From Terriglobia bacterium (GTDB lineage: Bacteria > Acidobacteriota > Polarisedimenticolia > Polarisedimenticolales > JAIQFR01): DNA of 64,000 bases. The translations under genes and the position numbers were made by a program. Below the pieces are notes generated by a model. The model was given only the letters and a program-made list of their open reading frames with translations. It ran no database searches and was not told the origin of the DNA. The stretch is taken from positions 256,001 through 320,000 of the forward strand of contig CAVVHE010000009.1 in NCBI GenBank assembly GCA_963748015.1, read 5' to 3'. Below, one piece after another: positions 50,703 through 60,911 of the stretch; the stretch's first letter is position 1, and each line of letters opens with the position of its first letter.

Positions 50703-51637
50703 CGGGCGTTTCCCGCGGGCACGCGCCGCTCGATGATCCCCGAGTCGACGACTTTCCCGTCACTCGAGATCGCGTTGAAGTACATCTTGTCGCCCGAGAT
50801 CTCGACCGCCAGGAAGACGTTGTCCGTGTCGAACCCCTTTTCGGTGATCGCCGAGCGCTTGTCGATGTCGCCGTTTCTCAGTTGTCCCCCTGAACCCACG
50901 ACGAAGTACACGATCCCGTGCTGGGGCTTGATTCGCTCGTAGAAGTGGTCGTGCCCCGAGAAGGCGACGCTGACGTCGTACTTGACGAAGAGGGGCTCCA
51001 GGGTCTCGCGGAGCCTCACGTCCGGTCCGTGGCGTCCCCCGGAGGAGTACAACGGGTGATGGAATACGGCGATCTTCCAGGCGTCGCTCGAGCCCTTCAG
51101 CTCTTTCTCGAGCCAGTCGATTTCCTCGGGCACGCGGTAGGTGCTGTCGATCATGAAAAAGCGAACCTTCCCGGACGGGGCCATGAACGTGTAGTAGAGC
51201 TTGCCGCCCATGTTGAACAACCCGTAGGACCGCTGCTCGCGCGCGTCATGATTACCGAGCACCGCGTGGAACGTCACCTTCGCGTCGATGAGGGGCTTGT
51301 AGGGGTCCTCGAACTTCCGCTTGAAGTCCTCGGGCCGCTGCGAGCCGTAGAGGTTGTCCCCGACGGTGACCACGTCGTCGAACTTGAATCTGTCGTGGAA
51401 CCGCGCCATCTCGGCCGCCAAGGCGTACTGGCCGACCCCACCCGTGCCGAAATCGCCGAGCACGACGAACTTCAGCGAGCCTTTCTCGTTCGGCAGCGGG
51501 ACCAGGGTCTCTGCCGGGCTCTGAGGCGCCGCGGCCGGCGGCTGGAGGGCGGCGGCCGACACGACCTCGCCGCAGCAGAACGCGATCAGAACGGCAACGA
51601 CCGAGGTCACGATGGGCCGCCGCATGGGCGTCGTCAC
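50699..51637 (-). CDS. Secreted calcineurin-like metallophosphoesterase
   Basis: GDFG, GDNLY, GNHD, HHPLY, GHDHFYER. Confidence 0.92.
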   Translation of the reverse strand: MTTPMRRPIVTSVVAVLIAFCCGEVVSAAALQPPAAAPQSPAETLVPLPNEKGSLKFVVLGDFGTGGVGQYALAAEMARFHDRFKFDDVVTVGDNLYGSQRPEDFKRKFEDPYKPLIDAKVTFHAVLGNHDAREQRSYGLFNMGGKLYYTFMAPSGKVRFFMIDSTYRVPEEIDWLEKELKGSSDAWKIAVFHHPLYSSGGRHGPDVRLRETLEPLFVKYDVSVAFSGHDHFYERIKPQHGIVYFVVGSGGQLRNGDIDKRSAITEKGFDTDNVFLAVEISGDKMYFNAISSDGKVVDSGIIERRVPAGNAR

Positions 51638-51652
51638 GATAAACCGCCTCCG

Positions 51653-52259
51653 CTACGGCAGCACGTCGCCGGTGAAGTCGATGATGATGCGCGCATCGCT
51701 CGTCCATCAGGACCAAGCGCTCTCCGACGAAGCGGTATTCCAGGTCTTCGTCCAGCTTCGGAAGGGTCTTCAGCACTCGGCGCGGCATCGTCGAGAGAGG
51801 AATCGAGTCCGGATACCGATCGTTAACTCCGAGATTCGGCACGCCGGGATTCTCGTCCATGATCAATGACTTGATGGTCTTCCCGTCGGGCCCAGAGAGG
51901 ACCGCCTCCAGCGTTCGTTTCACGAGCGCCTCCATGTCCGGCGTGAAGAAGTCGCCCTGTTTCGCGCTCGGCCAGGCAGCCTTGATGAGTGCGCCGAGAG
52001 CCGACTGGTACTCGTCGATCTGCTCGGGCGTCGCGTGTCTGCCGCGTTCCGGCAGGGTCGCTTCCAGCTTCTCGTGGACTTTCTCGTATTCCTCGAGGCG
52101 CGCCTCGAATTGCTCCACGGTCCGTACCTCGGCGGCGGTGAGCACGACGGCGCTCTCGCGGCCGGAGGTCGGCGGAGCCTTCCCCGCGCACGCGCCGACG
52201 AGCGCGAGCGTCACGAAGGCGGCTCCTCCGACGATGCGGAAGAGAATTGCTCCTGACAT
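51653..52259 (-). CDS. Hypothetical lipoprotein, one-base frameshift near 51695-51702
   Basis: Lipobox LVGAC. LPKLDEDLEYRFVG..LVLMD continues in another frame as ARIIIDFTGDVLP*. Confidence 0.7.
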
Positions 52260-52321
52260 GACCGGCTTATCCTCCCGCGCTCGCCGAAACCGGCGCATCG
52301 GATGCTGGGGGACTCGACGCC

Positions 52322-52365
52322 ATCTTGGCGTCGGGGGGGCGGCCTGGCCATGGGGTAAAACCCTA
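52322..52365 (-). promoter_or_regulatory. Regulon-type promoter for the 52259-49022 operon
   Basis: TAGGGTTTTACCCCA, TGGCCA, 17 bp, CAAGAT. Confidence 0.7.
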
Positions 52366-52538
52366 CCAAGGACCATTGGGCGCTTCCGCCAGCCGGAAAC
52401 GTGTCCGCCTGAAAGGGCGATCCCTCGATCTTCGGCCAGGAGCACCGGCGCGGGAACGACGGGACCTCATCCACACTGCGTGCGGTCGACCCCGTAGTCC
52501 CAGCTCGCTGGAATGAACGACCCACCGACGAGTCCAGG

Positions 52539-52582
52539 TAGGGTTTCACCTTATGGATCGCGTTCGGTTGGTCGTCTATCGT
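52539..52582 (+). promoter_or_regulatory. Regulon-type promoter facing a decayed region
   Basis: TAGGGTTTCACCTTA, TGGATC, 17 bp, TATCGT. Confidence 0.65.
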
Positions 52583-52999
52583 TCGACCGAACATGAGAAA
52601 CGGTGCGTGGTACTGCTTCATGGACTCGGGCGGCATCGGGGCGAACGTTGTCCACGGCCCGGCCGCGAGGAGCAGCACGCCGAGACGGCTCAGGCCGTGG
52701 GGGCCGTGAGCCGCCGGTACGAACCAGGGGAGCGATCGATCCAATATTCGAATTCAGCGAGGTGAGGCCATGGCCGTGACACAACAACCGCGTCAGGAAA
52801 ACGACCGTCTCTCCACTCGCCATCCCCGGCCATACGAGCGGCCTCGCGTCCGGACAATGACGAGCGGCGAGATTCTCGAAGCGATCGGTCCCGCCCAAGG
52901 TCTGACGAGCGGCGGTTCGCCGGGTGATTATGTCGGTGGCGGCAACGGCCACGGCCACGGCCGCGGCCACGGTCGTCACTGACCTCGACTCGTCCGCTC

Positions 53000-53270
53000 C
53001 CCGCGGCTCGGAAGGCGATCGAGCAGGAGCGCTTCAAACGAGAGTTGACCGGGCGGATGCTTTGATCGGCCAACGAGGACCTCCTTCGCCGAATGGCGGC
53101 TCGCGATCGCCTGGACGCACGGCGGCCGGTCGCGGTACTCGGCGAACAGGCCAGTCCCATCACCGCAAGCGTCGGAGTCGCCTTGTTCGACGGCCTCGAA
53201 GCCGCGGAGGTGCCGGAATTCGCCGACCTCGCCATGTACGAGGCGAAGGACGCGGGCCGCGGAATCGGGT
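53000..53270 (+). pseudogene. GGDEF diguanylate cyclase remnant
   Basis: ITASVGVALF..ADLAMYEAKDAGR. Frameshifted RLG-GD trace near 53004. Confidence 0.7.
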
Positions 53271-53533
53271 CACGACGCACCGATCCGCTCCTCGAGACGC
53301 CGGGGGATGGGATCGCTCGGACCGAAGGCCGACGCCGCCCGGAGGACGACGAAGAAAGCGGACCAGGCTCGGCGGAGAGCTCTTCGCATGGAGATCACTT
53401 CGCCCTAGGGGAGAATGGAATCCCTCGATCGTGCCCGGGCAGGCGGCGCCGCGGCGCGGCAGCCGTCCGCTTTCCGGCGCGCCTTCACCCAACCCCGTGT
53501 CCAGGTCGATGGCGCCTTCCTGCTCGTCCTCGG

Positions 53534-53827
53534 TCAGCCGCGAATTTTCTTGTCGCCTGCCTCGGTGTACACGGGCCGATCGCGGGCGGCCGCGACTTCG
53601 TCGGAATTCCCCACGGGCTCCTTGGCCGCCCGTCGAGCCGCGTCGACGCCGTGCTCGAAGGCGCCCGTCGTTCTGTCCTTGATCTCTCGGCTCCTGCGAG
53701 AGAGCCACCCGCGCGTCTCCCTGCCCGAGCAAGGAGCGAAGAGCAAGGCGACTCCCGCGCCGACCGCAGCGCCCACCACGGCCGCCATCACGACTCCCTT
53801 CCCACCGCCCCGATTCACGCCGCTCAC
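53534..53827 (-). CDS. YtxH-domain protein
   Basis: GAAVGAGVALLFAPCSGRETR. Confidence 0.85.
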   Translation of the reverse strand: MSGVNRGGGKGVVMAAVVGAAVGAGVALLFAPCSGRETRGWLSRRSREIKDRTTGAFEHGVDAARRAAKEPVGNSDEVAAARDRPVYTEAGDKKIRG

Positions 53828-53940
53828 GATTCCCTCGCTTTCCCCTGACGCAGTCGATTTCGGTCCGGCAATATCCGAGAGAACGCCCGGAGGTCTTTCC
53901 GCGAAATACGAACGCCTCGAGCCGCCGCGACGTTCCGGGC

Positions 53941-55119
53941 TCACGGTTCCGGTCGTGCGCGGAGGCCGGGCGGCACCCCGATTCCGAGCATCCCGGCGAG
54001 GTCGCGGCACAGAGGGGAAGCCTTGATCTTCGCGAGCGCGCGGACCTCGATCTGGCGCACGCGCTCGCGGGACAGACGAAGCCGGCCGCCGATCTGCTCG
54101 AGTGTCCGCGCCGGGCTCCCTCCGATCCCGAAGCGCATCCGGATGATCTTTTTCTCGCGGGGATCGAGCTCCCGGAGGACCAAGTCGACGCGCTCGGCGA
54201 TCTGGTGCTGCGAGGCCTGATCGAACGGAGACGGAGTCCGCGAGTCGGGGATGAACCTGACCACGTCGTAGCCGCTCGGGTCACCGGCGCCGCCCTCGAG
54301 CGGCATCGGCTCCCGCACGACGGAGAGCGCATGATCGACGACGTGCACCGGCATCGCCAGGTGCTTCGCGATTTCGGGCGGCGTCGCCTTTCGTCCGAGG
54401 CGCTGGCCCAGCTCGCGCGCGGTGGACTCGACCTTGAGGATCCGGTGGTTGAGGTGCACGGGAATCCGGATCGTCCGCGACTTGTCCGTGATGGCCCGCT
54501 CGACCCCCTGCTTGATCCACCAGTACGCGTAAGTCGAGAACCTGTGGCCTCGCTCGTGCTCGAACTTCTCCACGGCCCGCAGCAGCCCGACGTTTCCCTC
54601 CTGGATGAGGTCCATGAAGGGCAATCGGCCCTGTTTGTAGTTCTTCGCGACGTGAACGACGAGGCGAAGGTTGGCGAGGATGAGGCCCTCCCGGGCGTCG
54701 TCCAGCGAGTTCTTGTGCGCCCGGACCTCCCCGAGCGCGGAGTCCGACGCCGGGTCGGGGCTCTGTGCGGCGTAGTGTTCGAGCTTTCGAAGAAACGCAT
54801 CGAGACCGATCAACGGCCACGCGGCGCCGAGCGCCGGGCCGGACTCGTCTCCAGCGAGGACGGACTCGCGGCAGCGCTCGGGCAGGGCCCGGGCCAAATT
54901 CGCGATTGCCAGCCGGGCGACCTGGAGTTGGCTCGCAAGCCGGTGTTCCTTCAGCTCGTCGAGCAGCGGCGTCGCTCCCATCTCCTCCAGGTAGCGCCGC
55001 AGCGTCGGCGCCGCCGTCTTCGTGCGCGCCGGTATCTCCCCGCGCCGAGTCGGACCGCGCTCGGGCGAGAGCCTCTCGCCGGGGGCGGCCAGCCGATACT
55101 GGGTTTGCTTCATGGGCAT
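53941..55119 (-). CDS. Alternative sigma70 factor, RpoD/RpoS-like without region 1.1
   Basis: ANLRLVVHVAK, DLIQEGNVGL, FSTYAYWWIKQ, RTIRIPVH, SRERVRQIE. Confidence 0.93.
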   Translation of the reverse strand: MPMKQTQYRLAAPGERLSPERGPTRRGEIPARTKTAAPTLRRYLEEMGATPLLDELKEHRLASQLQVARLAIANLARALPERCRESVLAGDESGPALGAAWPLIGLDAFLRKLEHYAAQSPDPASDSALGEVRAHKNSLDDAREGLILANLRLVVHVAKNYKQGRLPFMDLIQEGNVGLLRAVEKFEHERGHRFSTYAYWWIKQGVERAITDKSRTIRIPVHLNHRILKVESTARELGQRLGRKATPPEIAKHLAMPVHVVDHALSVVREPMPLEGGAGDPSGYDVVRFIPDSRTPSPFDQASQHQIAERVDLVLRELDPREKKIIRMRFGIGGSPARTLEQIGGRLRLSRERVRQIEVRALAKIKASPLCRDLAGMLGIGVPPGLRARPEP

Positions 55120-55162
55120 TCGCTCCGCGACATGGTGATTCCTCGGCCCCCGTCGCGCTTGA

Positions 55163-55206
55163 ACGGTACGCCGCGAACGCGAGGTAACCCATGGGGTGTT
55201 TACCTA
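55163..55206 (-). promoter_or_regulatory. Regulon-type promoter of the sigma factor gene
   Basis: TAGGTAAACACCCCA, TGGGTT, 17 bp, TACCGT. Confidence 0.7.
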
Positions 55207-55265
55207 CCTCCGCCGGCCGGGCCGACAACCTCCTCCGTCGCGGTCCATCCGCGCGACGTTGTCCA

Positions 55266-55280
55266 TGGGGTGTAACCCTG
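55266..55280 (-). promoter_or_regulatory. Auxiliary operator copy
   Basis: CAGGGTTACACCCCA followed by TGGACA, with no matching -10. Confidence 0.55.
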
Positions 55281-55502
55281 CCGCAGCAGGAGAAGTCGGG
55301 GCCGTTCGCGTTGCATTTGTTGGTTCGCAACGGGTTCCCGGCGTTCGACGCCCGATCCAGAATTTCCGATCGTCCGGGGTCGGATCCGGACGTTCCTTTC
55401 GAGACCGGAGCCGATCCCGAGCTCGGCGCGCGAGCTGCAGAAACTGGCTCGGACACGAGAATGGCGTTACACTACGCCCAACGATGAAAGGACGACCCTT
55501 CT

Positions 55503-57260
55503 ATGAAGAGCAACGCTTCCAGCTCCACCTCTGCGAGAGCCCGCTTGCCCAAGTGTCCTACCGGCATTCAGGGCCTCGACGAGATCACGGGTGGAGGATT
55601 GCCGCGCGGGAGGCCCACACTGGTTTGCGGCGGCGCGGGCTGCGGCAAGACGCTGTTCGCTGCGGAGTTCCTCGTGCGCGGCGCCGCGCAGTTCGGCGAG
55701 CCGGGCGTGTTCATGTCGTTCGAGGAGACGGACGCGGAGCTGAAGAGCAACGTCGCGTCGCTCGGATTCGATCTTACGGGTCTGGTCCGGCGAAAGAGAA
55801 TGGTGCTCGACCACGTTCACATCGAACGCAGCGAGATTCAGGAGACCGGCGAGTACGACCTGGAAGGCCTGTTCGCTCGCTTGAATCACGCGATCGATTC
55901 CGTCGGCGCCCGCCGTGTGGTGCTGGACACCCTCGAGGCGCTGTTCGCCGGATTGCCCAACGAAGCCATCCTGCGCGCCGAGTTGCGCCGCCTCTTCCGC
56001 TGGCTGAAGGACAAGGGCGTGACGGCCGTCATCACGGCCGAATCCGGGCGAGACCAGCTGACGCGCCACGGGCTGGAAGAATACGTCTCGGACTGCGTCA
56101 TCGTCCTCGATCATCGGGTCAACGACCAGATCGCCACCCGGCATCTGCGGGTCGTCAAGTACCGCGGCGCGCTGCACGGCACGAACGAGTTTCCCTTCCT
56201 CATCGGCGACGACGGCCTCAGCGTGTTGCCCATCACGTCGGCGGGGCTCAATCACAAGGTGTCCAACGGGCGGATTTCCACCGGCATCCCGCGGCTCGAC
56301 GGGATGCTGGGCGGGCGGGGGTACTTCCGCGGCAGCAGCATCCTGCTCACGGGAACCCCAGGCACGGGTAAGACCAGCGTCGCCGCGTTTTTCGCCCAGG
56401 ACGCAGCCCGTCGCGGGGATCGCGTGCTCTTCTTCACTTTCGAGGAGTCGCCCAACCAGATCGTTCGCAATATGCGTTCCATCAAGTTGCGCCTGGAGCC
56501 GTTGGTCGAGAGCGGTCGGCTGCGGTTTCACGCGGCGCGGCCCACGCTCTGCGGCCTGGAGATGCACCTGGCCACCATGTTTAAGGAGATCGCCGCGTTT
56601 CGACCGGCCGTCGTCATCGTGGACCCGATCACGAGCCTGCTGGCCGCGGGCACCGACCACGAGACCAAGGGGATGGTGACGCGGCTCATCGATTACTTGA
56701 AGTGCGAGCAAATTACCTCGCTCTTCACGAGCTTGACGCACGGCGGCCACGCGCTGCAGCAGAGCGAAATCGCCATGTCCTCGCTCATGGACTCCTGGCT
56801 GCTGCTGCAGGACTTCGAGGGCAACGGCGAGCGCAATCGCGTGCTCTACGTGCTCAAGGCGCGAGGAATGGCGCACTCGAACCAGATCCGCGAGTACATG
56901 ATTTCGGATCGTGGCATCGACCTCGTGGACGCCTACATCGGACCCAGCGGCGTCTTGACCGGCTCGTCCCGCGTCGCGCAAGCCGCCCGCGAAGAAGCCG
57001 ATACTCTGTCCGGCCAGCAGGAAGCCGCCCGGCGCAAGCGCGGATTGGAACGTAAGCTCGCGGCGATCGAACAGCAGATCGCCGGGCTGCGCTCCGAGTA
57101 CGAAACCGAGGAATCGGAGCTGAGGCGCATGGACGAGCAGGCGGGGACGCGGCAGCGCGTGCTGATCGCCGACCGGTCCGAATTGGCCCACTCGCGCCAC
57201 GCGGATAGGGCCAAGGCGGCGGGGCGGGCGCCGGGCCGACCCAAGGAGAATCGCCGATGA
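55503..57260 (+). CDS. kaiC: Double-domain KaiC with a long C-terminal coiled coil
   Basis: Walker A GGAGCGKT and [11 protein letters not shown] motifs, phosphosite region [21 protein letters not shown]. Confidence 0.95.
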   Translation: MKSNASSSTSARARLPKCPTGIQGLDEITGGGLPRGRPTLVCGGAGCGKTLFAAEFLVRGAAQFGEPGVFMSFEETDAELKSNVASLGFDLTGLVRRKRMVLDHVHIERSEIQETGEYDLEGLFARLNHAIDSVGARRVVLDTLEALFAGLPNEAILRAELRRLFRWLKDKGVTAVITAESGRDQLTRHGLEEYVSDCVIVLDHRVNDQIATRHLRVVKYRGALHGTNEFPFLIGDDGLSVLPITSAGLNHKVSNGRISTGIPRLDGMLGGRGYFRGSSILLTGTPGTGKTSVAAFFAQDAARRGDRVLFFTFEESPNQIVRNMRSIKLRLEPLVESGRLRFHAARPTLCGLEMHLATMFKEIAAFRPAVVIVDPITSLLAAGTDHETKGMVTRLIDYLKCEQITSLFTSLTHGGHALQQSEIAMSSLMDSWLLLQDFEGNGERNRVLYVLKARGMAHSNQIREYMISDRGIDLVDAYIGPSGVLTGSSRVAQAAREEADTLSGQQEAARRKRGLERKLAAIEQQIAGLRSEYETEESELRRMDEQAGTRQRVLIADRSELAHSRHADRAKAAGRAPGRPKENRR

Positions 57261-57607
57261 CGGAAACCGGAACGGTCAAACGACGGGCGTCCGGCTCCCG
57301 CCGCCGGCCCGCCAAGCTCTGGGAACTGCGCCTCTACGTGGCCGGGCAGACGCCCAAGTCTCTGGCGGCGCTGGCGAACTTGAAGAAGATCTGCGAGCGC
57401 CACCTCGACGGCCGCTATCGCATCGAGGTGATCGACTTGGTGGAGCGGCCGCAGCTCGCCAGAGGCGACCAGATCCTGGCCATTCCCACGCTGGTGCGCA
57501 AGTTGCCGCAACCCGTGCGGAAGATCATCGGCGACCTGTCCGACACCGATCGCGTGCTGGTCGGCTTGGACTTGCGCCCCGCCGATGCACCGGGACGTGC
57601 ACATTGA
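57257..57607 (+). CDS. kaiB: KaiB
   Basis: [33 protein letters not shown]. Confidence 0.95.
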   Translation: MTETGTVKRRASGSRRRPAKLWELRLYVAGQTPKSLAALANLKKICERHLDGRYRIEVIDLVERPQLARGDQILAIPTLVRKLPQPVRKIIGDLSDTDRVLVGLDLRPADAPGRAH

Positions 57608-57957
57608 AAACGGCCAAGAGCGGTCGTGCGACCCGGGCCTTCGAAAAGACCCTCGCCTCCGGGCGAACGGACAAGTACGTCCTGCGACTCTACGTGGCGG
57701 GGGCCAGCGACCGATCGCGTCGAGCGGTCCTGCGCGTCCGGCAAATGTGCGATGCCGAGGTGAAGGGCCACTGCGAGCTCGAAGTGATCGACGTCTATCA
57801 GCAGCCGCTCTTGGCGCGCGACGGCCAGATCGTCGCGACCCCGACGCTCGTCAGGGAGCTCCCGCGGCCGGTGAGGCGGTTCATCGGCGACCTGGCGAAC
57901 ACGACCGGTCTGTTCGTCGGGATGGACTTGGATACGCGAGGTAAGGCGAGGAAATGA
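57604..57957 (+). CDS. kaiB: Second KaiB-like protein
   Basis: [32 protein letters not shown]. Confidence 0.92.
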   Translation: MKTAKSGRATRAFEKTLASGRTDKYVLRLYVAGASDRSRRAVLRVRQMCDAEVKGHCELEVIDVYQQPLLARDGQIVATPTLVRELPRPVRRFIGDLANTTGLFVGMDLDTRGKARK

Positions 57958-59165
57958 AGCGCGCCGGGCGTCGAACCTCCTCGAGCCGGGTACCGTCCCG
58001 CGAGCTCGCCGAGCTTCGCGCCCGTCTGGCCGAAGCGGAGGGAACGCTTCACGCTATTCGCGCCGGCGAGGTGGATGCGGTGGTGGTTTCGGGCAAACGA
58101 GGCGCCCAGGTGTTCACGCTGGAAGGCGCCGAGACCGCCTACCGCGTTCTCATCGAATCCATGAACGAAGGGGCGCTGACGCTTGCGGCCGACGGCACCG
58201 TTCTGTACGCCAACCTGTGCTTCGCGAGGTTGGTCCGTTACCCGCTGGCGCAGGTGACCGGCAGCCCCCTTCGCCGCTTTCTCTCCCCGGAGGACGCGGG
58301 AGCGCTCCGGCCGCTCCTGAAGCGGGCCGGCAAGTCCGGCTCCAAGGCCCAGGTGCAACTCCATGCCGGCGACGGTTCGCGGGTGCCGGCGCAGATCTCC
58401 GTTCGTCGGCTGGCGCGAAACGGGTCCGGCGAACCGGCCATCGGAATGGTGGTGACGGACATGACGGAGACCCGGCGCAACGAGGAGGCGCTGCGGGCGC
58501 TGACCCGCCGCGTGGTGGGAGTCCAGGAAGCCGAGCGCGGGCGCGTGGCGCGCGAGCTGCACGACCACATCACGCAGCTTCTCTGCGCCATCGCTTTTCG
58601 GTGCCAGGCGCTGGCGGACAAACTGACGGCGGGCGACGGGTCCTCGAAGGGAGAGGCGACGAGGCTCCGGGGGATGCTCGGCGAAGCCGCCGACGAAGTG
58701 GAGCGCATCTCGCGGAACCTGCGGCCCAGCGTACTGGACGAACTCGGTCTGGTCGACGCACTGCGTGCCACCGCAGCGGAGTTCGCGAAACGGACGGGCG
58801 TGTCCGTCAGGCTGGCTTGCACGAAATTGAACGGGCGGCTGCCTGCCGACACCGAGCTCACGCTCTACCGCATCCACCAGTCGGCCTGGGAAAACGTGGA
58901 ACGACACGCTCGCGCTCGTCACGTCACCGTGCGCCTGAGCCTTCAGGCCACCTTCGTTCGATTGGTCATTCGTGACGACGGGATCGGCTTCGACACGGAT
59001 CGGTACCCGGCCGGACGGAAAGGGAGGACCGCCCTCGGTCTCCTCGGCATGCGCGAGCGAGCGACCTACGTGGGCGGCACCCTCGAGGTCGAGTCCACTC
59101 GCCGTGGCGGCACGACGATCGCGGTGCGTATTCCGCTGTCGCGAGGCGCCGCCGCGGCCAGCTGA
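57954..59165 (+). CDS. Cytoplasmic PAS-HisKA_3-HATPase histidine kinase
   Basis: PAS (LIESMNEGA..YAN), RELHDH, LRPSVLDELGL, DDGIGF. ATGA overlap with kaiB. Confidence 0.92.
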   Translation: MKRAGRRTSSSRVPSRELAELRARLAEAEGTLHAIRAGEVDAVVVSGKRGAQVFTLEGAETAYRVLIESMNEGALTLAADGTVLYANLCFARLVRYPLAQVTGSPLRRFLSPEDAGALRPLLKRAGKSGSKAQVQLHAGDGSRVPAQISVRRLARNGSGEPAIGMVVTDMTETRRNEEALRALTRRVVGVQEAERGRVARELHDHITQLLCAIAFRCQALADKLTAGDGSSKGEATRLRGMLGEAADEVERISRNLRPSVLDELGLVDALRATAAEFAKRTGVSVRLACTKLNGRLPADTELTLYRIHQSAWENVERHARARHVTVRLSLQATFVRLVIRDDGIGFDTDRYPAGRKGRTALGLLGMRERATYVGGTLEVESTRRGGTTIAVRIPLSRGAAAAS

Positions 59166-59297
59166 ACCCTCTCGAAAGCCCCGTTACCATCCTGCCGGCC
59201 GGATCCCGCACATCCGCAAGCCGGTACGTCACGCCGGCGCGCGGGCGTCCGTCCGGCCTGGCGCGGGAAGCGGCACGCCGCCCGATCCCGGTCCCGG

Positions 59298-59500
59298 TTG
59301 GGAGGAGGTCCGCATGGGGGCCTTCCTGGCCGATCCCAAGGCCGAGGACCAGGTGCAGCGGACTTACGAGATCGAGGTCACGAACTTGGTGAGAGAGGCG
59401 CTCGTGGGCCTGGACGAGCGCGAGCGCGTCCGGCAACTCGAGTACAAGGCCAAGAACACGCTACGAGCGAAGCTGAACTCCCTCCGGGCTTCCCTGGGGA
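59298..59500 (+). pseudogene. Sigma70 region 3/4 remnant with an internal deletion
   Basis: VREALVGLDERE joined directly to RVRQLEYKAK..LR, so the HTH first helix is missing. Confidence 0.65.
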
Positions 59501-59589
59501 GGCGGTCGGTAGGCCAGGAGTTCTCGCCGGGCAGTTCGCCGAAACAGAGGGGCTTCCTCCGGACGTAGCCGATACCGCGACCGCTCCGG

Positions 59590-60027
59590 TTATTTGCGCC
59601 AGATGGGACTCGTCAGCTGAATCCGCCAGACCGGCCCCCTCAAGAAGAGCGGCCCCTCGAACCTCACGAACGCCGGCACTTCGTCGATGACGATCCAGAC
59701 GTGCTCGTCCGGCGGGGTGCGCCCGAGCAAGGTGGTGAAGAAACTGAGCCACATCCCGAGCTTGGGCTTGAGCACGTAGTGGACCGCGGTCTTCTCGAGC
59801 GTGCCGACGACTAACGTCTCCTGCCCGCCCTTGCGGTTCTTGGTCTACCCGCGGTACCTGCTCGTCGCCCGCTCCAGCGAGATCTCGATGTCCTCGAGGA
59901 ACGAGGGCCCCCGCTGCATCAAACGGCAGCTCTGCAAGGTGAAGACACCCTGCTCGGTGAATACCACGGTCTCGTCGTCTTTTCCACCACGCCTTCCTTC
60001 CGCACGCCCGGTACGCAACCGGCTCAC
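59590..60027 (-). pseudogene. Fragmented hypothetical gene
   Basis: Two protein-like pieces in different frames (59845..60027 and 59590..59775) downstream of a regulon promoter. Confidence 0.5.
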
Positions 60028-60103
60028 GCCTCATCGCGCAGCTGCGCCTTCGCCGTTCCGGAAACCGCCTCGACGACTCGCGCTTCCCGGCCGGTACGAA
60101 TCG

Positions 60104-60147
60104 AGGGTACGGCGGAAGACAATCCGCTGCGATGGGGTGTCTACCCC
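60104..60147 (-). promoter_or_regulatory. Regulon-type promoter
   Basis: GGGGTAGACACCCCA, TCGCAG, 17 bp, TACCCT. Confidence 0.6.
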
Positions 60148-60242
60148 ATGGGTCGCGGCGCGGCTCCCCGGCTCCTCGCCTTGAAGCGGCGAGACCCCGG
60201 GCGGGGCCGATCCCCGCGGAATGGGAAGGACCGTGGGAATGA

Positions 60243-60911
60243 CTAGTCGATCGTGAACCGGACGCTGCTCTCGATGATCCCCGCGTTGATGGCGTAGCGG
60301 GTGAGGCCCGCGGTGTCGTGGATGCCCAGCTTGCTCATGAGGTGCTGCCGGTGCTTTTCGACCGTCTTGATGCTGATGCCGAGCTCGGCCGCCGATTGCT
60401 TGTTGGCCATTCCTTCCGCGATCAACTGGAGTATCTCGATCTCGCGCGAGGTCAGGCGGGCGATCTTGGCCTTGCCTTTCCCGAAAGAACGTTCCCGTCG
60501 ACCTTCGATCTCCCGAGAGATGGAGGGGCTGAAGAAGGCGTTCCCTTTTGACACTTCCCGAATCGCCTTGGCGAGCACGAGGGCGGAGGTCTGCTTGATC
60601 AGATACCCCGCCGCGCCGAACTCGATCGCCTGCTCCACGTAGGCGTCATCGCCGTGCGCGGAGAGGATGACGATCCTGGTGGCCGGCTGCTCCTTGAGAA
60701 TTTGCCGGGTGGCTTCCAAGCCGTTGAGCAGCGGCATCGCCAAGTCCATGACGACCACCGCCGGAAGAAGATCCTTGGTCAATTGCACGGCTTGGCGACC
60801 GGTCTGCGCTTCGCCAACCACCTGGATGTCGCTTTCCATCTGCAGTAACGTCCGCAGCCCCTCTCGGACGACGTTGTGGTCATCGGCCAGAAGCACGGTG
60901 ATCGGCTTCAT
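60243..60911 (-). CDS. NarL/LuxR-family response regulator
   Basis: LADDH..MDLAMP..LTSREIEILQLIAEG..SIKTVEKHR. Confidence 0.95.
   Translation of the reverse strand: MKPITVLLADDHNVVREGLRTLLQMESDIQVVGEAQTGRQAVQLTKDLLPAVVVMDLAMPLLNGLEATRQILKEQPATRIVILSAHGDDAYVEQAIEFGAAGYLIKQTSALVLAKAIREVSKGNAFFSPSISREIEGRRERSFGKGKAKIARLTSREIEILQLIAEGMANKQSAAELGISIKTVEKHRQHLMSKLGIHDTAGLTRYAINAGIIESSVRFTID

Noticed and set aside
55503..57957. A full cyanobacterial-type circadian clock
   Set aside because: No kaiA, sasA or rpaA in the window, and KaiC has features of the KaiA-independent type.
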